From an uncultured Candidatus Saccharibacteria bacterium (GTDB lineage Bacteria > Patescibacteriota > Dojkabacteria > GCA-002793355), in contig CAZGEO010000002.1 in assembly GCA_964525295.1 (NCBI GenBank), positions 129,230-193,229 of the forward strand: a stretch of DNA of 64,000 nucleotides, in the 5' to 3' direction. The stretch's first letter is position 1. Every line of letters begins with the position of its first letter. The notes beneath the pieces are model-generated. The model saw only the letters and a program-made list of their open reading frames with translations, ran no database searches and was not told the origin of the DNA. This document shows, piece by piece, positions 19,070-29,178 of this stretch. A program made the position numbers and the translations under genes.

Positions 19070-19441
19070 ATGATTAAGTTTGGAACATATGTAAACGTCG
19101 CTGACAATACTGGTGCCACTCGAGGTCGAGTTATCGGTACCTATGGCGGAACCAAGCGAAAAGTAATTCGTTTGGGCGATGTAGTAAAAATTACTGTTAA
19201 GGCAGCAAGACCAAATGGTGCAGTCAAGAAAAGTGAAATGCATCGCGCAGTTTTAGTGAGAGTTGTAAAAGAACAGCGCAGAGAAGATGGCACGTATATT
19301 CGATTTGATGATAACGCCGTCGTTATTCTTGATGGAAACACCAACGAGCCAAAAGGAACTCGTATTTTCGGACCAGTAGCACGTGAATTGAAATCATTTG
19401 GATTTGACAAGATAACTTACTTGGCACCTGAAACACTATGA
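19070..19441 (+). CDS. rplN: 50S ribosomal protein L14
   Basis: 123 aa; NVADNTGA motif. Confidence 0.9.
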   Translation: MIKFGTYVNVADNTGATRGRVIGTYGGTKRKVIRLGDVVKITVKAARPNGAVKKSEMHRAVLVRVVKEQRREDGTYIRFDDNAVVILDGNTNEPKGTRIFGPVARELKSFGFDKITYLAPETL

Positions 19442-19857
19442 AAAGGATAAAAGCAGGCGACACAGTTGTCGTCATTTCCGGTGACGAAAAGGGAAACAAA
19501 GGAAAAGTACTCAATGTCCTTGGTGACCGAGTAATCGTCGAAGGTATTAACAAGATGAAGAAATTCATCAAAAAGAATGTACTTGGAAAGAATCAAGAGG
19601 GAACAATGGTTGAAATCGAAAGACCATTCCATGTCTCAAACGTTCAGGTTATTGATCCAAAGACAGGTAAGGCAACAAAAACTCGATTTGAAACAAAAGA
19701 TAACAAGAAAGTACGTGTTGCAAGAAAGTCTGGTGAAGTAATTGTTCCAGTAACTATTGAAACAGCAAAAGATGAAGAAACCAAAGAGACTGAACCAAAA
19801 AGTAAGTCAACAAAGAAAGTAGTTAAGTCAAAAGCAAAGAAGAATGAAAACGCTTAG
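19438..19857 (+). CDS. rplX: 50S ribosomal protein L24 with Lys-rich C-terminal extension
   Basis: KAGDTVVVISGDEKGNKGKV (KOW motif); C-terminal KSTKKVVKSKAKK tail. Confidence 0.85.
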   Translation: MKRIKAGDTVVVISGDEKGNKGKVLNVLGDRVIVEGINKMKKFIKKNVLGKNQEGTMVEIERPFHVSNVQVIDPKTGKATKTRFETKDNKKVRVARKSGEVIVPVTIETAKDEETKETEPKSKSTKKVVKSKAKKNENA

Positions 19858-20383
19858 AGAACGCTTTGAAAAAGAGATTCTTCCCAAATTTATGACCGAT
19901 CATGGCATAAAGAACAAATTGGCAGCACCAGCTCCAGTCAAAGTTACCATCAATATGGGCTTAGGTGAAGCACTTAAAGATAAAGGTGTTATCGATGGTT
20001 ACACAAAAGATTTAGAGTTAATTGCAGGTCAAAAAGTCGTTGCAACCCGTGCCAAGAAGAGTATTGCAGACTTCGCTTTGAAAAAAGGCGATATAATCGG
20101 CTTGAAAGTAACTCTTAGAAATGATAGAATGTGGCATTTCTTAGACAAGCTCGTTAACATCGTTTTACCCCGAGTAAAAGACTTTCGTGGTACTTCGGCA
20201 ACTGCATTTGATGCACATGGTACATATACCTTAGGTATTACCGAATTGGTAATCTTCCCAGAAATCGATGCAACCAAAGTAACCAAAACGAAAGGATTCG
20301 GTATCACGATTACCTTCAAGAATGGAACGAAGGAATTAACAAGTGATATGTTGAAAAGATTTGGGTTTATATTTAAGGAATAA
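19844..20383 (+). CDS. rplE: 50S ribosomal protein L5
   Basis: 179 aa, L5 pattern, position. Confidence 0.9.
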   Translation: MKTLRERFEKEILPKFMTDHGIKNKLAAPAPVKVTINMGLGEALKDKGVIDGYTKDLELIAGQKVVATRAKKSIADFALKKGDIIGLKVTLRNDRMWHFLDKLVNIVLPRVKDFRGTSATAFDAHGTYTLGITELVIFPEIDATKVTKTKGFGITITFKNGTKELTSDMLKRFGFIFKE

Positions 20384-20389
20384 AAGAAT

Positions 20390-20584
20390 ATGTCAAAGAG
20401 AATAAGAGAAGCAAAACATAAGCGACTCGTGCAAAAAGCACCGTTTAAGACACGTATCTATAACCAGTGCTCACGTTGCGGACGACGCTCAGCGTACATT
20501 AGAGACTTTGGTGTCTGTCGTGTATGTTTGCGAGAACTTGCCCACCAGGGCCTACTTCCAGGTGTAACTAAATCCAGCCGGTAA
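20390..20584 (+). CDS. rpsN: 30S ribosomal protein S14 type Z (zinc-binding)
   Basis: 64 aa, CSRCGR...CRVC four-Cys motif. Confidence 0.85.
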   Translation: MSKRIREAKHKRLVQKAPFKTRIYNQCSRCGRRSAYIRDFGVCRVCLRELAHQGLLPGVTKSSR

Positions 20585-20587
20585 ACG

Positions 20588-20971
20588 ATGACAAACTTTA
20601 ACATAGGAGACACACTCATCAGACTCAAGAATGCTGCAATGGTCAGCAAGAAGGTAATTGAAATTCCAAAGTATAAATTTGCAATTTCAGTTCTTGAAGT
20701 TTTGAAGAACAAAGGATATGTCGTAGATTATGAAGTAACAGGACGTGAGTTAGTTGTTACTCTTAAATATGCCGAAAATGGATTATCAGCGATTCAAGAC
20801 ATTCGTGTTTACTCACGACCAGGTCGACGTTGGTATATCAAGGCAGAAGAAATGAAACCTGTTCGATCAGGTACCGGTATCATGATTGTTTCTACTCCAC
20901 GTGGTGTTATGACTACTGTAGATGCAAAGAAAATGAACGTCGGTGGTGAACTTATCTGTGAGGTCTGGTAA
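20588..20971 (+). CDS. rpsH: 30S ribosomal protein S8
   Basis: 127 aa, S8 pattern. Confidence 0.9.
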   Translation: MTNFNIGDTLIRLKNAAMVSKKVIEIPKYKFAISVLEVLKNKGYVVDYEVTGRELVVTLKYAENGLSAIQDIRVYSRPGRRWYIKAEEMKPVRSGTGIMIVSTPRGVMTTVDAKKMNVGGELICEVW

Positions 20972-20973
20972 TT

Positions 20974-21513
20974 ATGTCACGAGTAGGATTAAAACTTATA
21001 AAAATTCCAACGGGAGTTACCGTTACGTTGCTTGACAATAAGGTAGTCGTTAAAGGCAAGTTGGGTGAACTTTCAGAGAATATTCCAGCAGGAATCACAG
21101 TAAAAATTGATGGTGATACTATCAATGTTGAACGACCTAATGATATTCGCACAATGAAGATGCTTCACGGAACCGTTCGAGCACTTATCGCAAATATGAT
21201 TACTGGTGTCACCGAAGGTTTTTCAGTAGAACTCGAATTGGTTGGTGTTGGATACCGTGTTTCTCTTGAAGGATCAAACCTTTCATTGGCAATTGGTTAT
21301 AAACACTTAGTAAAGTATGAGATTCCTTCTTACTTAAAAGTAGAAGTTCCATCTCAAACAAGTATCAAGATTTGGGGAATCGACAAGCAAAAAGTCGGTC
21401 TTTATGCTTCAATGGTTCGTGCATTAAAACCACCAGAACCATATAAAGGTAAAGGAATTCGATATGTTGGCGAGGTCGTTAAGAAGAAAGAAGTTAAGAC
21501 AGCAGCAGCATAA
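20974..21513 (+). CDS. rplF: 50S ribosomal protein L6
   Basis: 179 aa, L6 pattern. Confidence 0.9.
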   Translation: MSRVGLKLIKIPTGVTVTLLDNKVVVKGKLGELSENIPAGITVKIDGDTINVERPNDIRTMKMLHGTVRALIANMITGVTEGFSVELELVGVGYRVSLEGSNLSLAIGYKHLVKYEIPSYLKVEVPSQTSIKIWGIDKQKVGLYASMVRALKPPEPYKGKGIRYVGEVVKKKEVKTAAA

Positions 21514-21529
21514 GTTAGTGAATTGAAGT

Positions 21530-21877
21530 ATGGAAATTGCAACAAAAAGAAACAGAACACGCTTTAAAATGAAGATGGCAAGCAAGCTCCCACGAGTAAG
21601 CATTAATAAGACCAATCAGCATTTTTCAGCACAACTCATCGATATGCAAGCTGAGGGTAAAGTCTTAGCAGCAATTCATGAGAAAACCTTTGCAAAATCA
21701 GCAAAGGCTGAAAAGATGAAACCAGTCGAGAGAATTACAGCGATGGGTGAATCATTTGGAAAAATGATTCAAGAAGCTGGGGTAAAAGCCGTCAGTTACG
21801 ATCGCTCAGGGTATATCTATCACGGAAAAGTGAAAGCTTTTGCTGATGGAATGAGAAAATCAGGGTTAACATTATAA
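21530..21877 (+). CDS. rplR: 50S ribosomal protein L18
   Basis: 115 aa, position, L18-like. Confidence 0.85.
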   Translation: MEIATKRNRTRFKMKMASKLPRVSINKTNQHFSAQLIDMQAEGKVLAAIHEKTFAKSAKAEKMKPVERITAMGESFGKMIQEAGVKAVSYDRSGYIYHGKVKAFADGMRKSGLTL

Positions 21878-21887
21878 TTCCGAGTTC

Positions 21888-22436
21888 ATGGATCAGAAGA
21901 ACAACAACAACAATAATAACCGAGGACCACGCCAAAACAATGGTCGACGTCCACCATATGAGGAGAAGAAGTACAATTCAGAGTTAATTGCCCTTCGACG
22001 TGTTGCAAAAGCAACCGCAGGTGCAAAAAGACTCCGCTTTAGTGCAGTAGTTATTATTGGTGATAAAAAAGGTAAAGTCGGAATTGCAATGGGTAAGGGA
22101 TTAGATCCTCAAGAAGCAATGCAAAAAGCAATCAGAAAAGCCGAAGGCTCAATGATTACTATTCCATTGTCTGCAGAAGGAAAATCAGTGCCTCACCGTG
22201 TTGATGCAGAATATAAGGCAGCAGGAGTATTAATCAAACCAGCTCCAATCGGTACAGGTGTCGTTGCTGGTGGATCAATCCGAAAAGTATTAGAAATGGC
22301 CGGTATTGAAAATGTCGTTGCAAAGCGTATGGGAACACCAAATTCGTTAACAAACGCATATTGCACAATTGTGGCACTCTCTAAGTTGAAACAAGTGAAG
22401 AATGGAAATCGTTCTGAAAAAGTTAGTACTAAATAA
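21888..22436 (+). CDS. rpsE: 30S ribosomal protein S5 (with N-terminal poly-Asn low-complexity extension)
   Basis: 182 aa; S5 dsRBD and C-terminal domains; N-terminal NNNNNNN run encoded by an AAC/AAT triplet repeat. Confidence 0.9.
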   Translation: MDQKNNNNNNNRGPRQNNGRRPPYEEKKYNSELIALRRVAKATAGAKRLRFSAVVIIGDKKGKVGIAMGKGLDPQEAMQKAIRKAEGSMITIPLSAEGKSVPHRVDAEYKAAGVLIKPAPIGTGVVAGGSIRKVLEMAGIENVVAKRMGTPNSLTNAYCTIVALSKLKQVKNGNRSEKVSTK

Positions 22437-22836
22437 GCAGAAGCGACGAGGCCGAGGAATCGGTTCAGGCGTTGGTGGTCACACTGTTGGCTATGGTCAA
22501 AAAGGTCAGGGCTCACGTGGTGCACACAAAGTCGGTATTGCTGCAGAAGGTGGTAACATTCCATTGTTCCGTAAATTACCAGTACAGAGTGGTTTTCGCT
22601 CAGTAACTGCAAAGCCAGCAACGGTAACTCTTTCATGGTTAAATGTTCATACGAAAGAAGGCAGCGTTGTTGATGCAGCATTCTTGAAAGCTGAAAAAGT
22701 TCTTGCAAAAGTAACTGATGCTGCAAAGATTGTTGGAATTGATAAACTTGACCACAAAATCACGGTTAAAGGTCTCAAAGTTTCAGCAGGTGCTAAAAAG
22801 GCAATTGAAGAAGCTGGTGGGAACGTGATAGACTAG
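22402..22836 (+). CDS. rplO: 50S ribosomal protein L15
   Basis: RRGRGIGSG...GQKG pattern; follows rpsE directly with no L30 gene; start overlaps rpsE by 35 nt, alternative start possible. Confidence 0.85.
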   Translation: MEIVLKKLVLNKQKRRGRGIGSGVGGHTVGYGQKGQGSRGAHKVGIAAEGGNIPLFRKLPVQSGFRSVTAKPATVTLSWLNVHTKEGSVVDAAFLKAEKVLAKVTDAAKIVGIDKLDHKITVKGLKVSAGAKKAIEEAGGNVID

Positions 22837-22840
22837 GGCC

Positions 22841-24100
22841 ATGCTTTCATACTTGAAGAATAAAGATATTGTTCGTAAAGTTCTTTTTACGCTCATTATC
22901 ATTGCAATATTTAGATTAGTCGCAGTAATTCCAATTCCTGGTATTCCTCGTGACGCTATGCGCGAATTGCTTCAGGGCAATAACTTTGTTCAAGTTATCG
23001 GACTTTTATCTGGAGGTTTACTCGAAAGTATTGGTATTTTGACTATTGGTTTAGGACCATACATTAACGCATCTTATGCGTTTCAACTTTTGAGTGTCAT
23101 GGTTCCTCAAATCAAGGAGCTTTATCAAGGTGGCCCAGTTGAGCGAAAAATGTTAACGCTCTATACTCGTTTACTTGCCGTTCCACTAGCAGTAATTCAA
23201 TCTGTAGTTATCTATACGATTTTGAGCCAAACAGGCCTGCTAGGAACTATTCCTACACAGCTTGAGGTCGTTGCAATTATTGTGCTTCTTACGTTCGGTT
23301 CAATGTTCGCAATGTGGTTAGGTGAACTTATTACTGAATTCGGTTTAGGTGGAGGTACTTCAGTAATTATTCTTGCAGGCATTTTGGTAAGTGTGCCTAC
23401 TCGTTTGTATTCAGATATCACCTCAATGGGGTTACTCTGGAAGCAATTAACCTTAGTAGGTGTTGTCTTGGGTTCTGTTATTTTGGCAATCATAATTGCC
23501 TTGGCAGTTCGCAAGATAAAGCTCATCTACGCAAGACGTGTAAGACCAACAGGCTTGGGTGGTTACTCTAATTACATTCCGTTAAGTATTAATACCGCTG
23601 GTGTTATGCCAGTTATCTTTGCAATGTCAATTTTGGACGTTCCAAGAATTCTATTGCAGTACTTAAGTGGTCAAGTTACGAATCAAACTTTCCAGAATGT
23701 TGCTACCTCGGTTTTGACGTTTCTTGGAAACCAATACTATTATGATGCAACATTAATGGTAATTACTATTTTCTTTGCATTCTTCTCAGCATACATCGTT
23801 TTCAGGCCTGAGGAAGTCGCAGAAAACATTAACAAACAGGGAGCCTTTATCGAAGGTGTTCGCCCAGGTAAAGAAACTCAGCAATATTTGAACAAAGCAC
23901 TCTGGACAACTACATTGTTTGGATCACTCCTTCTCGCAGTTATCACCGTCGTTCCAAGTATTATCGTGACTCAGTTTGAATTACCACAACAGATTATTAG
24001 TGGTACAGGAGCAATGATTCTTGCAGCAGTTATCATGGACATTATCCGTCAAATTCAAGCTATGCGTTTGATGGATCAAAATGCAAAGAATTATTACTAA
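22841..24100 (+). CDS. secY: preprotein translocase subunit SecY
   Basis: 419 aa, 10 TM helices, SecY N-terminal pattern. Confidence 0.9.
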   Translation: MLSYLKNKDIVRKVLFTLIIIAIFRLVAVIPIPGIPRDAMRELLQGNNFVQVIGLLSGGLLESIGILTIGLGPYINASYAFQLLSVMVPQIKELYQGGPVERKMLTLYTRLLAVPLAVIQSVVIYTILSQTGLLGTIPTQLEVVAIIVLLTFGSMFAMWLGELITEFGLGGGTSVIILAGILVSVPTRLYSDITSMGLLWKQLTLVGVVLGSVILAIIIALAVRKIKLIYARRVRPTGLGGYSNYIPLSINTAGVMPVIFAMSILDVPRILLQYLSGQVTNQTFQNVATSVLTFLGNQYYYDATLMVITIFFAFFSAYIVFRPEEVAENINKQGAFIEGVRPGKETQQYLNKALWTTTLFGSLLLAVITVVPSIIVTQFELPQQIISGTGAMILAAVIMDIIRQIQAMRLMDQNAKNYY

Positions 24101-24860
24101 AGCAACTATGGAAAAACTTCCAGCGAAGATCCAGCTGATGAAAGCTGGTGGAAAGATTTTGACTTCAATAATGAAAACAGTTTTATCTCACGTAAAAGTG
24201 GGGACAACTGGTTTTGATCTCGAAGCAATCTTTGAGCAACAACTTAAGCAGTATAAAGTTGTATCCGCGTTTAAAAATTACGAAGGGTACCCGTATCATC
24301 TATGTATTGGGGTAAATGATATGGTAGTTCATGGATTTCCATCAGATAAAAAGTACGAAAATGGCGATATTGTTTCTGTAGATATGGGATGTATTTATCA
24401 AGGCTATTATCTTGATATGGCGCGAACCGTTGTAGTCGGTGAGGATATTCATGGTTATCAGCCATTTATTGATGCAGACAGACAGGCGCATTTTGCTTCA
24501 GTAAAACAGGCAAAAGTGGGAAATCGAATAGGAGACATGTCAGCTGCTTCGCAGTTTATCATGGAAGAGCAAAATCCGTATTCAATTGTGCGCGAAATGG
24601 TTGGTCATGGTGTCGGAGAAAGATTGCACCAGCCACCAGATGTTCCTGGTTACGGTAGAAAAGGTACAGGGCCACAAGTTAAAGAATTTCAAACATTGGC
24701 AGTTGAAATTATTGCCATAAACAATGTTGATCCAGCAATTAAAACACTCAAAGATGGCTGGCAGACAGTCACTAAAAGTGGCGGTGTTTGCGCAATTTAT
24801 GAAAACACGATATACGTCGGTAAAAATGGTGGTGTTTTGTTGACTGGCGAGGCAGAGTAA
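24081..24860 (+). CDS. map: methionine aminopeptidase type I
   Basis: 259 aa, pita-bread metal-ligand pattern (D..D..H..E..E); start may be the internal Met at 24108. Confidence 0.85.
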   Translation: MQRIITKATMEKLPAKIQLMKAGGKILTSIMKTVLSHVKVGTTGFDLEAIFEQQLKQYKVVSAFKNYEGYPYHLCIGVNDMVVHGFPSDKKYENGDIVSVDMGCIYQGYYLDMARTVVVGEDIHGYQPFIDADRQAHFASVKQAKVGNRIGDMSAASQFIMEEQNPYSIVREMVGHGVGERLHQPPDVPGYGRKGTGPQVKEFQTLAVEIIAINNVDPAIKTLKDGWQTVTKSGGVCAIYENTIYVGKNGGVLLTGEAE

Positions 24861-24996
24861 AGTACAATTCATCATAGGGCTTAGTTTGACGTTTAATGAA
24901 TTGAAAAATATTGTAAAACTACAAAACATGAATTTAGCGGAATCTTTGATTCTGCTACGTCTGTAAACCCTCTAATAAATTAGTTTGGTAAACACT

Positions 24997-26517
24997 ATGT
25001 TGTCAATTTGGCTACTAGTGCTGTTCGTTCTTCTGACCCTTGCAGGGGCAGGTGCGGCAGTGTATTTTTATATTCTTCTTCAGAAAGAGAGAGACAATTT
25101 CAAGTCTCAATCCTCAGAGAAAGTTAAGGAAATTGCACAAAAATTACTTAAAGATAAATACCGAGAAGCTGATGAAGAAGCGCAACAATTGAGAACTCAA
25201 GCTCGACAATTTTACGATCGAGTTAAAGCTCAGTTCAAAGCTCAACAGCAGGAACTTGAAAAGAAGGAAAAGCTTCTTGAAGAGCAACGTGCTCATGTTG
25301 AAAAAACAGAATTAGCATTGGTTAAAAAAGAAGAAGATGTTGCAGAGATTCGTAAGAATTTACTCGTAAAGCTTGAAAAAGTCGCAGGAATGAGCAAAGA
25401 AGAAGCTCAGCAACTCTACATGAAGGAATTTGAAGCCAGTTTGGTTTCATATAAAGCAAAGAAGATTTCGGATGTTGAAAAAGAAATCGCGGTATCAGCA
25501 AATGAAAAAGCTCAAGAACTAATCGTTGACGCGATGCAAAGCGTTGTTACTGATTATGTTGATGAAGTTACCGTAAGTAGTGTCGAAATTGGTAGCGAAG
25601 AAATTAAAGGAAAGATCATCGGTAAAGAGGGACGTAATATTCGTGCGTTTGAAAAGGTTACGGGTGTTGATGTCATTATTGATGAATCACCAACAGCAAT
25701 TGGATTGTCATCGTATGATCCAGTTCGCCGTGAAATTGCGCGTGTCGCGTTAGAAAAGTTGATCAAAGATGGACGTATTCATCCAGTCACAATTGAAGAA
25801 CAGTATGCAAAAGCAAAGAAAGATGTGGTTGTCGAACTAGAGAAAGCAGGTAAAATGCTTGCTGAAAAAGCAAATTGGTTTGATATTCCAGCAGAATTGG
25901 TACCAATTATCGGACGATTAAAATATCGTCGTAGTAAAGGTCAGAGTATGGTAGAGCATACTTTAGAAGTCATGGGAATTGGTGAGTATATTGCTCGCGA
26001 GATAAAAGCAGATGTATCTACCGTCTTAAAAGCCTGTTTGCTACATGATATCGGTAAAGTCTTAACCACAAAAGTTAAGAAGCCACATCATCATATTAGC
26101 GGAGATGTCGCTCGTAAATATGGTCTTGGCGAGAAGATTGCTAATGCAATTGAGGCTCACCATGAAGATATTGAACCAACAAGTATTGAAGCAGTTATTG
26201 TAAAAATGGCTGACTCAGTATCTGGTGCACGATCGGGCGCTCGAAAAGAAAGCGTTGGTGACTATGTCGAGAGAATCGAAAATCTTGAGAAAGTTGCATA
26301 TGAAGTAGCTGGCGATGCAGCTGAAGAGGTGTTCGCGGTTCGTGCAGGTCGCGAACTACGTGTCATGGTCAAACCAAATCAGATCAATGACGAAGAATCA
26401 GTTGTCTTGGCTCACAATATCGCTAAGAAGATTGATGAAACAGGTGTCTTTCCTGGAATCGTCAACGTTGTTGTCGTGAGAGAACTTCGTGCTCACGCTA
26501 GCTCGGGCAACTCGTAA
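24997..26517 (+). CDS. rny: ribonuclease Y
   Basis: N-terminal TM helix, coiled-coil, KH domain (IGKEGRNIRAFEKVTGVDVIIDE), HD domain (HTLEV...LLHDIGK); track start 24985 is a TTG, first ATG at 24997 begins the TM helix. Confidence 0.9.
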   Translation: MLSIWLLVLFVLLTLAGAGAAVYFYILLQKERDNFKSQSSEKVKEIAQKLLKDKYREADEEAQQLRTQARQFYDRVKAQFKAQQQELEKKEKLLEEQRAHVEKTELALVKKEEDVAEIRKNLLVKLEKVAGMSKEEAQQLYMKEFEASLVSYKAKKISDVEKEIAVSANEKAQELIVDAMQSVVTDYVDEVTVSSVEIGSEEIKGKIIGKEGRNIRAFEKVTGVDVIIDESPTAIGLSSYDPVRREIARVALEKLIKDGRIHPVTIEEQYAKAKKDVVVELEKAGKMLAEKANWFDIPAELVPIIGRLKYRRSKGQSMVEHTLEVMGIGEYIAREIKADVSTVLKACLLHDIGKVLTTKVKKPHHHISGDVARKYGLGEKIANAIEAHHEDIEPTSIEAVIVKMADSVSGARSGARKESVGDYVERIENLEKVAYEVAGDAAEEVFAVRAGRELRVMVKPNQINDEESVVLAHNIAKKIDETGVFPGIVNVVVVRELRAHASSGNS

Positions 26518-26537
26518 ACGAGTTGTCGTTTGTTTGT

Positions 26538-26589
26538 CAGAGGGGCGGAATGCTGCGCATTCCGCCCCTCTTTTCATTGTTTTTTTTGT
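26538..26589 (+). terminator. rho-independent terminator after rny
   Basis: 14-bp GC-rich stem CAGAGGGGCGGAATG/CATTCCGCCCCTC with 5-nt loop, then TTTTCATTGTTTTTTTT. Confidence 0.8.
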
Positions 26590-26650
26590 TATCTACCTTG
26601 CCCTATATTACTTTAATCCCCAGTTTCCCGAGCTGTATACGTAAATATCC

Positions 26651-26679
26651 TTGACAAGTAGCCTATTTTGCACTATAAC
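26651..26679 (+). promoter_or_regulatory. sigma70-type promoter for HU gene (TTGACA-17 nt-TATAAC)
   Basis: consensus -35 TTGACA at 26651-26656, 17-nt spacer, -10 TATAAC at 26674-26679; strong SD TAAGGAGG 8 nt before ATG. Confidence 0.6.
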
Positions 26680-26710
26680 TGAAAAAACATACTTAAGGAG
26701 GACAGAAAAC

Positions 26711-26992
26711 ATGACCAAAGCACAACTCTTCAGCATGCTTGCCGACAAGACAGGTATGTCAAAGAAAAATGCAAAGGCAGCCGTCGAAGCATTTGTTGAT
26801 GTCGTTACTTCAGCACTTAAAAAGCGCGATTCAGTAACCATCACTGGCTTCGGTAAGTTTGGTACTCGCCACGTCGAGGCTCGTGAAGGTGTTACACCAT
26901 CAAAGTCTGGATCAGGCAAGAAGTATAGTGTCAAAGCACACTATGCACCAACCTTCAAGGCTGGTAAGCAGCTCAAAGAAGCAGTAAAATAG
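26711..26992 (+). CDS. hup: DNA-binding protein HU (histone-like)
   Basis: 93 aa from ATG 26711 (track ORF starts earlier in frame); MTKAQL...GFGKF...R...P beta-arm pattern typical of HU/IHF family. Confidence 0.85.
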   Translation: MTKAQLFSMLADKTGMSKKNAKAAVEAFVDVVTSALKKRDSVTITGFGKFGTRHVEAREGVTPSKSGSGKKYSVKAHYAPTFKAGKQLKEAVK

Positions 26993-27042
26993 TTCAGCAG
27001 AACTATTGACTCTTAGTGCGTTGCATTAAGAGATGTCAGAAA

Positions 27043-27082
27043 AGGGGAGGGAAGACGCAAGTCTTGTCTCCCTTATTTTTTG
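27043..27082 (+). terminator. rho-independent terminator after hup
   Basis: GGGGAGGGAAGAC-GCAA-GTCTTGTCTCCC hairpin followed by TTATTTTTTG. Confidence 0.65.
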
Positions 27083-27334
27083 TAAAAAATCCCAATATGC
27101 TATAATTACGTGGTTCTTCAGAAGGTCGTCTTTGAGAATAGTAAAAAATATTTTCAAAAGTAGCTCAGTGGCCGAATGGACTAGAGCGTCTGGAGTTATC
27201 GAAGTATTTGAATTGGCATTAGCCAATTTATTCATTTTGATAACTTTGGGCGCTTTTTTTATGCACCCAGGGTAACCAATAACCATCTGCGACAAAATTG
27301 TCGTATTTGGAAATAAATTATTAGGTACCTGGGT

Positions 27335-27799
27335 ATGGCAAACGATTCCCAGTTCAAATTATCAACGCTTATTGTTGGAACAAGAGGCGTAAAAGAGTAT
27401 AGAGCTTCTATACCACAGTATATTCATTCTCAAGATTTTGTACTCGAAATTGGGTGCGAATGGGGAACAACAACAGAGATACTTGCAAAATATACGAGTA
27501 ACATTGTTGCCACTGACATAAGTCTTGAATGTATTGAACGAGCGCAACAAATGCGTCCAGCGATAAGATTCGAAACGCTAGATGTCTTTAATGTCCAGAA
27601 GGCAATGAGTTTTGGTATTTCATTTACGAAAATGTATATCGATGTTTCGGGATTTTCAGGATACAAATCTTTTCTAGATGTTGTCGCTCTTTGTGACCTA
27701 TATGCAAGTGTGTTCCCTTTGAGAGCAATAGTTATTAAAAGTGGAGCAATTAAAAACTTCGCAAAAAGATGCATTGCATTTAACACGTCTGAGATTTAA
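27335..27799 (+). CDS. small class I SAM-dependent methyltransferase-like protein
   Basis: 154 aa; motif I VLEIGCEWG and acidic residue ending the next beta-strand (VATDIS). Confidence 0.4.
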   Translation: MANDSQFKLSTLIVGTRGVKEYRASIPQYIHSQDFVLEIGCEWGTTTEILAKYTSNIVATDISLECIERAQQMRPAIRFETLDVFNVQKAMSFGISFTKMYIDVSGFSGYKSFLDVVALCDLYASVFPLRAIVIKSGAIKNFAKRCIAFNTSEI

Positions 27800-27897
27800 A
27801 GGTAACGAGTTGTAATTGAGAGAAGTTCTGAATTCAGGTGTATTGATCATTAAGAATTACTAATTGATAATTAGTGTCTTATCACTTATAATGCCTT

Positions 27898-29178
27898 ATG
27901 CTCCGAAACCTGGTACGTTTCTTCACGTTTTTCCTCATGTTGATGGTTTTGTTGGCACGTTTTGGTATTCCTGAAATTTTAGCTTCAGAGATTTCAAATA
28001 TTTATCTGGTAGAACAGGCAAATAAAGAGCGTTTGGCACAAGGGCTAACTCCACTCAAATATAACAAGAAACTTGAGAGAGCTGCTTTTTTGAAGGCAGA
28101 AAATATGCTTAAAGAGCAGTATTGGTCGCATTATGGCCCACATAAAGAAAGTCCATGGCAATTTATTTTGCAAACTGGTTACAGCTATCAGGTTGCAGGT
28201 GAAAATCTTGCAAAAGGTTTCAGTGAAGCACAATCTGTTCATGACGCTTGGATGGCGAGTCCAACGCATCGCGCAAATATCATGGACTCACGATATCAAG
28301 ACATTGGCATAGCAGTTGTAAAAGGCGATCTTCTGGGGAACAACGTATATTTAGTTGTTCAAATGTTCGGAAATGTCAATGCTTCTGTAACAGGTTCACC
28401 AGCTGATTATCCACGATTGCAGATAACTAGTCCAGAAGATGGCGATATTCTTGAAGATGGAATCATCGATATTCGAGGTGAAGCAGATAAAATTGAATCA
28501 TCTGGAGTATCCGTTTATATAGACAAAACAATGCTTGGCACTACGCAGCCTGTTGAGAAGAAGTTTTCCTTAGAAGCAAATTTATCGGGCTCACAGGGTG
28601 AACAAACTATTACTGCAAAAGCCGTAGGAATTGGAGATACGTATTTGGCAGATAATGTTGTAGTTACCGTTATTAAGAATGCCTCAACCGATGTAGCAAC
28701 CAAGAATTGTATAACCGGTAAAATTAATGCGGTTGATTTTGAACTTCGTTATTCATGTTCAACAAAACCTCAGAGTTTTACGGCAACAATTGAAGCTGTT
28801 AAATATACAGCTGATAGCGCGCAGAATCTTATTAAAATTCCGGTTTCAGCACTTCCCGAGAATGATGCGCAGATTATTGTGTCATTGCAATTTCCAAATC
28901 AAGCGAATACGGCAACGTCTTTTCTGCTTTCAGATTTTGGTGTTGTTGCATCGCAGCAACAAACGGTAGCAGGAAGTGGGCAGAATATCTTTTCGTCGCT
29001 TACATTGAAGCAGGGTATAACCGTCATTTTTGTTATAGCTGCAATTTTGCTTCTTTTGTATATTGCTCAACTTATCTATAAAAAACAGCTATTTGAGCAT
29101 CGCGCAGAAGTTCTCATTATTGCAATATTTCTGGTAATTCTATTTATTGTATTTAATGTTGGAATTGTCAGATTATGA
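27898..29178 (+). CDS. CAP/SCP/PR-1 domain (YkwD-like) protein with signal peptide and C-terminal TM anchor
   Basis: 426 aa; CAP domain motifs (HY..GENLA...AW..SP.HRANI); Ig-like middle; hydrophobic C-terminal helix. Confidence 0.6.
   Translation: MLRNLVRFFTFFLMLMVLLARFGIPEILASEISNIYLVEQANKERLAQGLTPLKYNKKLERAAFLKAENMLKEQYWSHYGPHKESPWQFILQTGYSYQVAGENLAKGFSEAQSVHDAWMASPTHRANIMDSRYQDIGIAVVKGDLLGNNVYLVVQMFGNVNASVTGSPADYPRLQITSPEDGDILEDGIIDIRGEADKIESSGVSVYIDKTMLGTTQPVEKKFSLEANLSGSQGEQTITAKAVGIGDTYLADNVVVTVIKNASTDVATKNCITGKINAVDFELRYSCSTKPQSFTATIEAVKYTADSAQNLIKIPVSALPENDAQIIVSLQFPNQANTATSFLLSDFGVVASQQQTVAGSGQNIFSSLTLKQGITVIFVIAAILLLLYIAQLIYKKQLFEHRAEVLIIAIFLVILFIVFNVGIVRL

Noticed and set aside
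21888-21930. AAC/AAT triplet run encoding NNNNNNN at the S5 N-terminus as a possible frameshift or slippage site
   Set aside because: The repeat is in-frame and the rest of S5 is intact, so it is a low-complexity N-terminal extension. It is noted only as a feature comment.
27155-27215. tRNA-like D-arm sequence (TAGCTCAGTGG...TAGAGCG) downstream of the hup terminator
   Set aside because: The D-loop would be ~17 nt, no anticodon or T-arm (GTTCGAATC-like) follows, and no acceptor-stem pairing can be formed. It is most likely a chance match or highly degraded tRNA remnant and is not reported as a gene.
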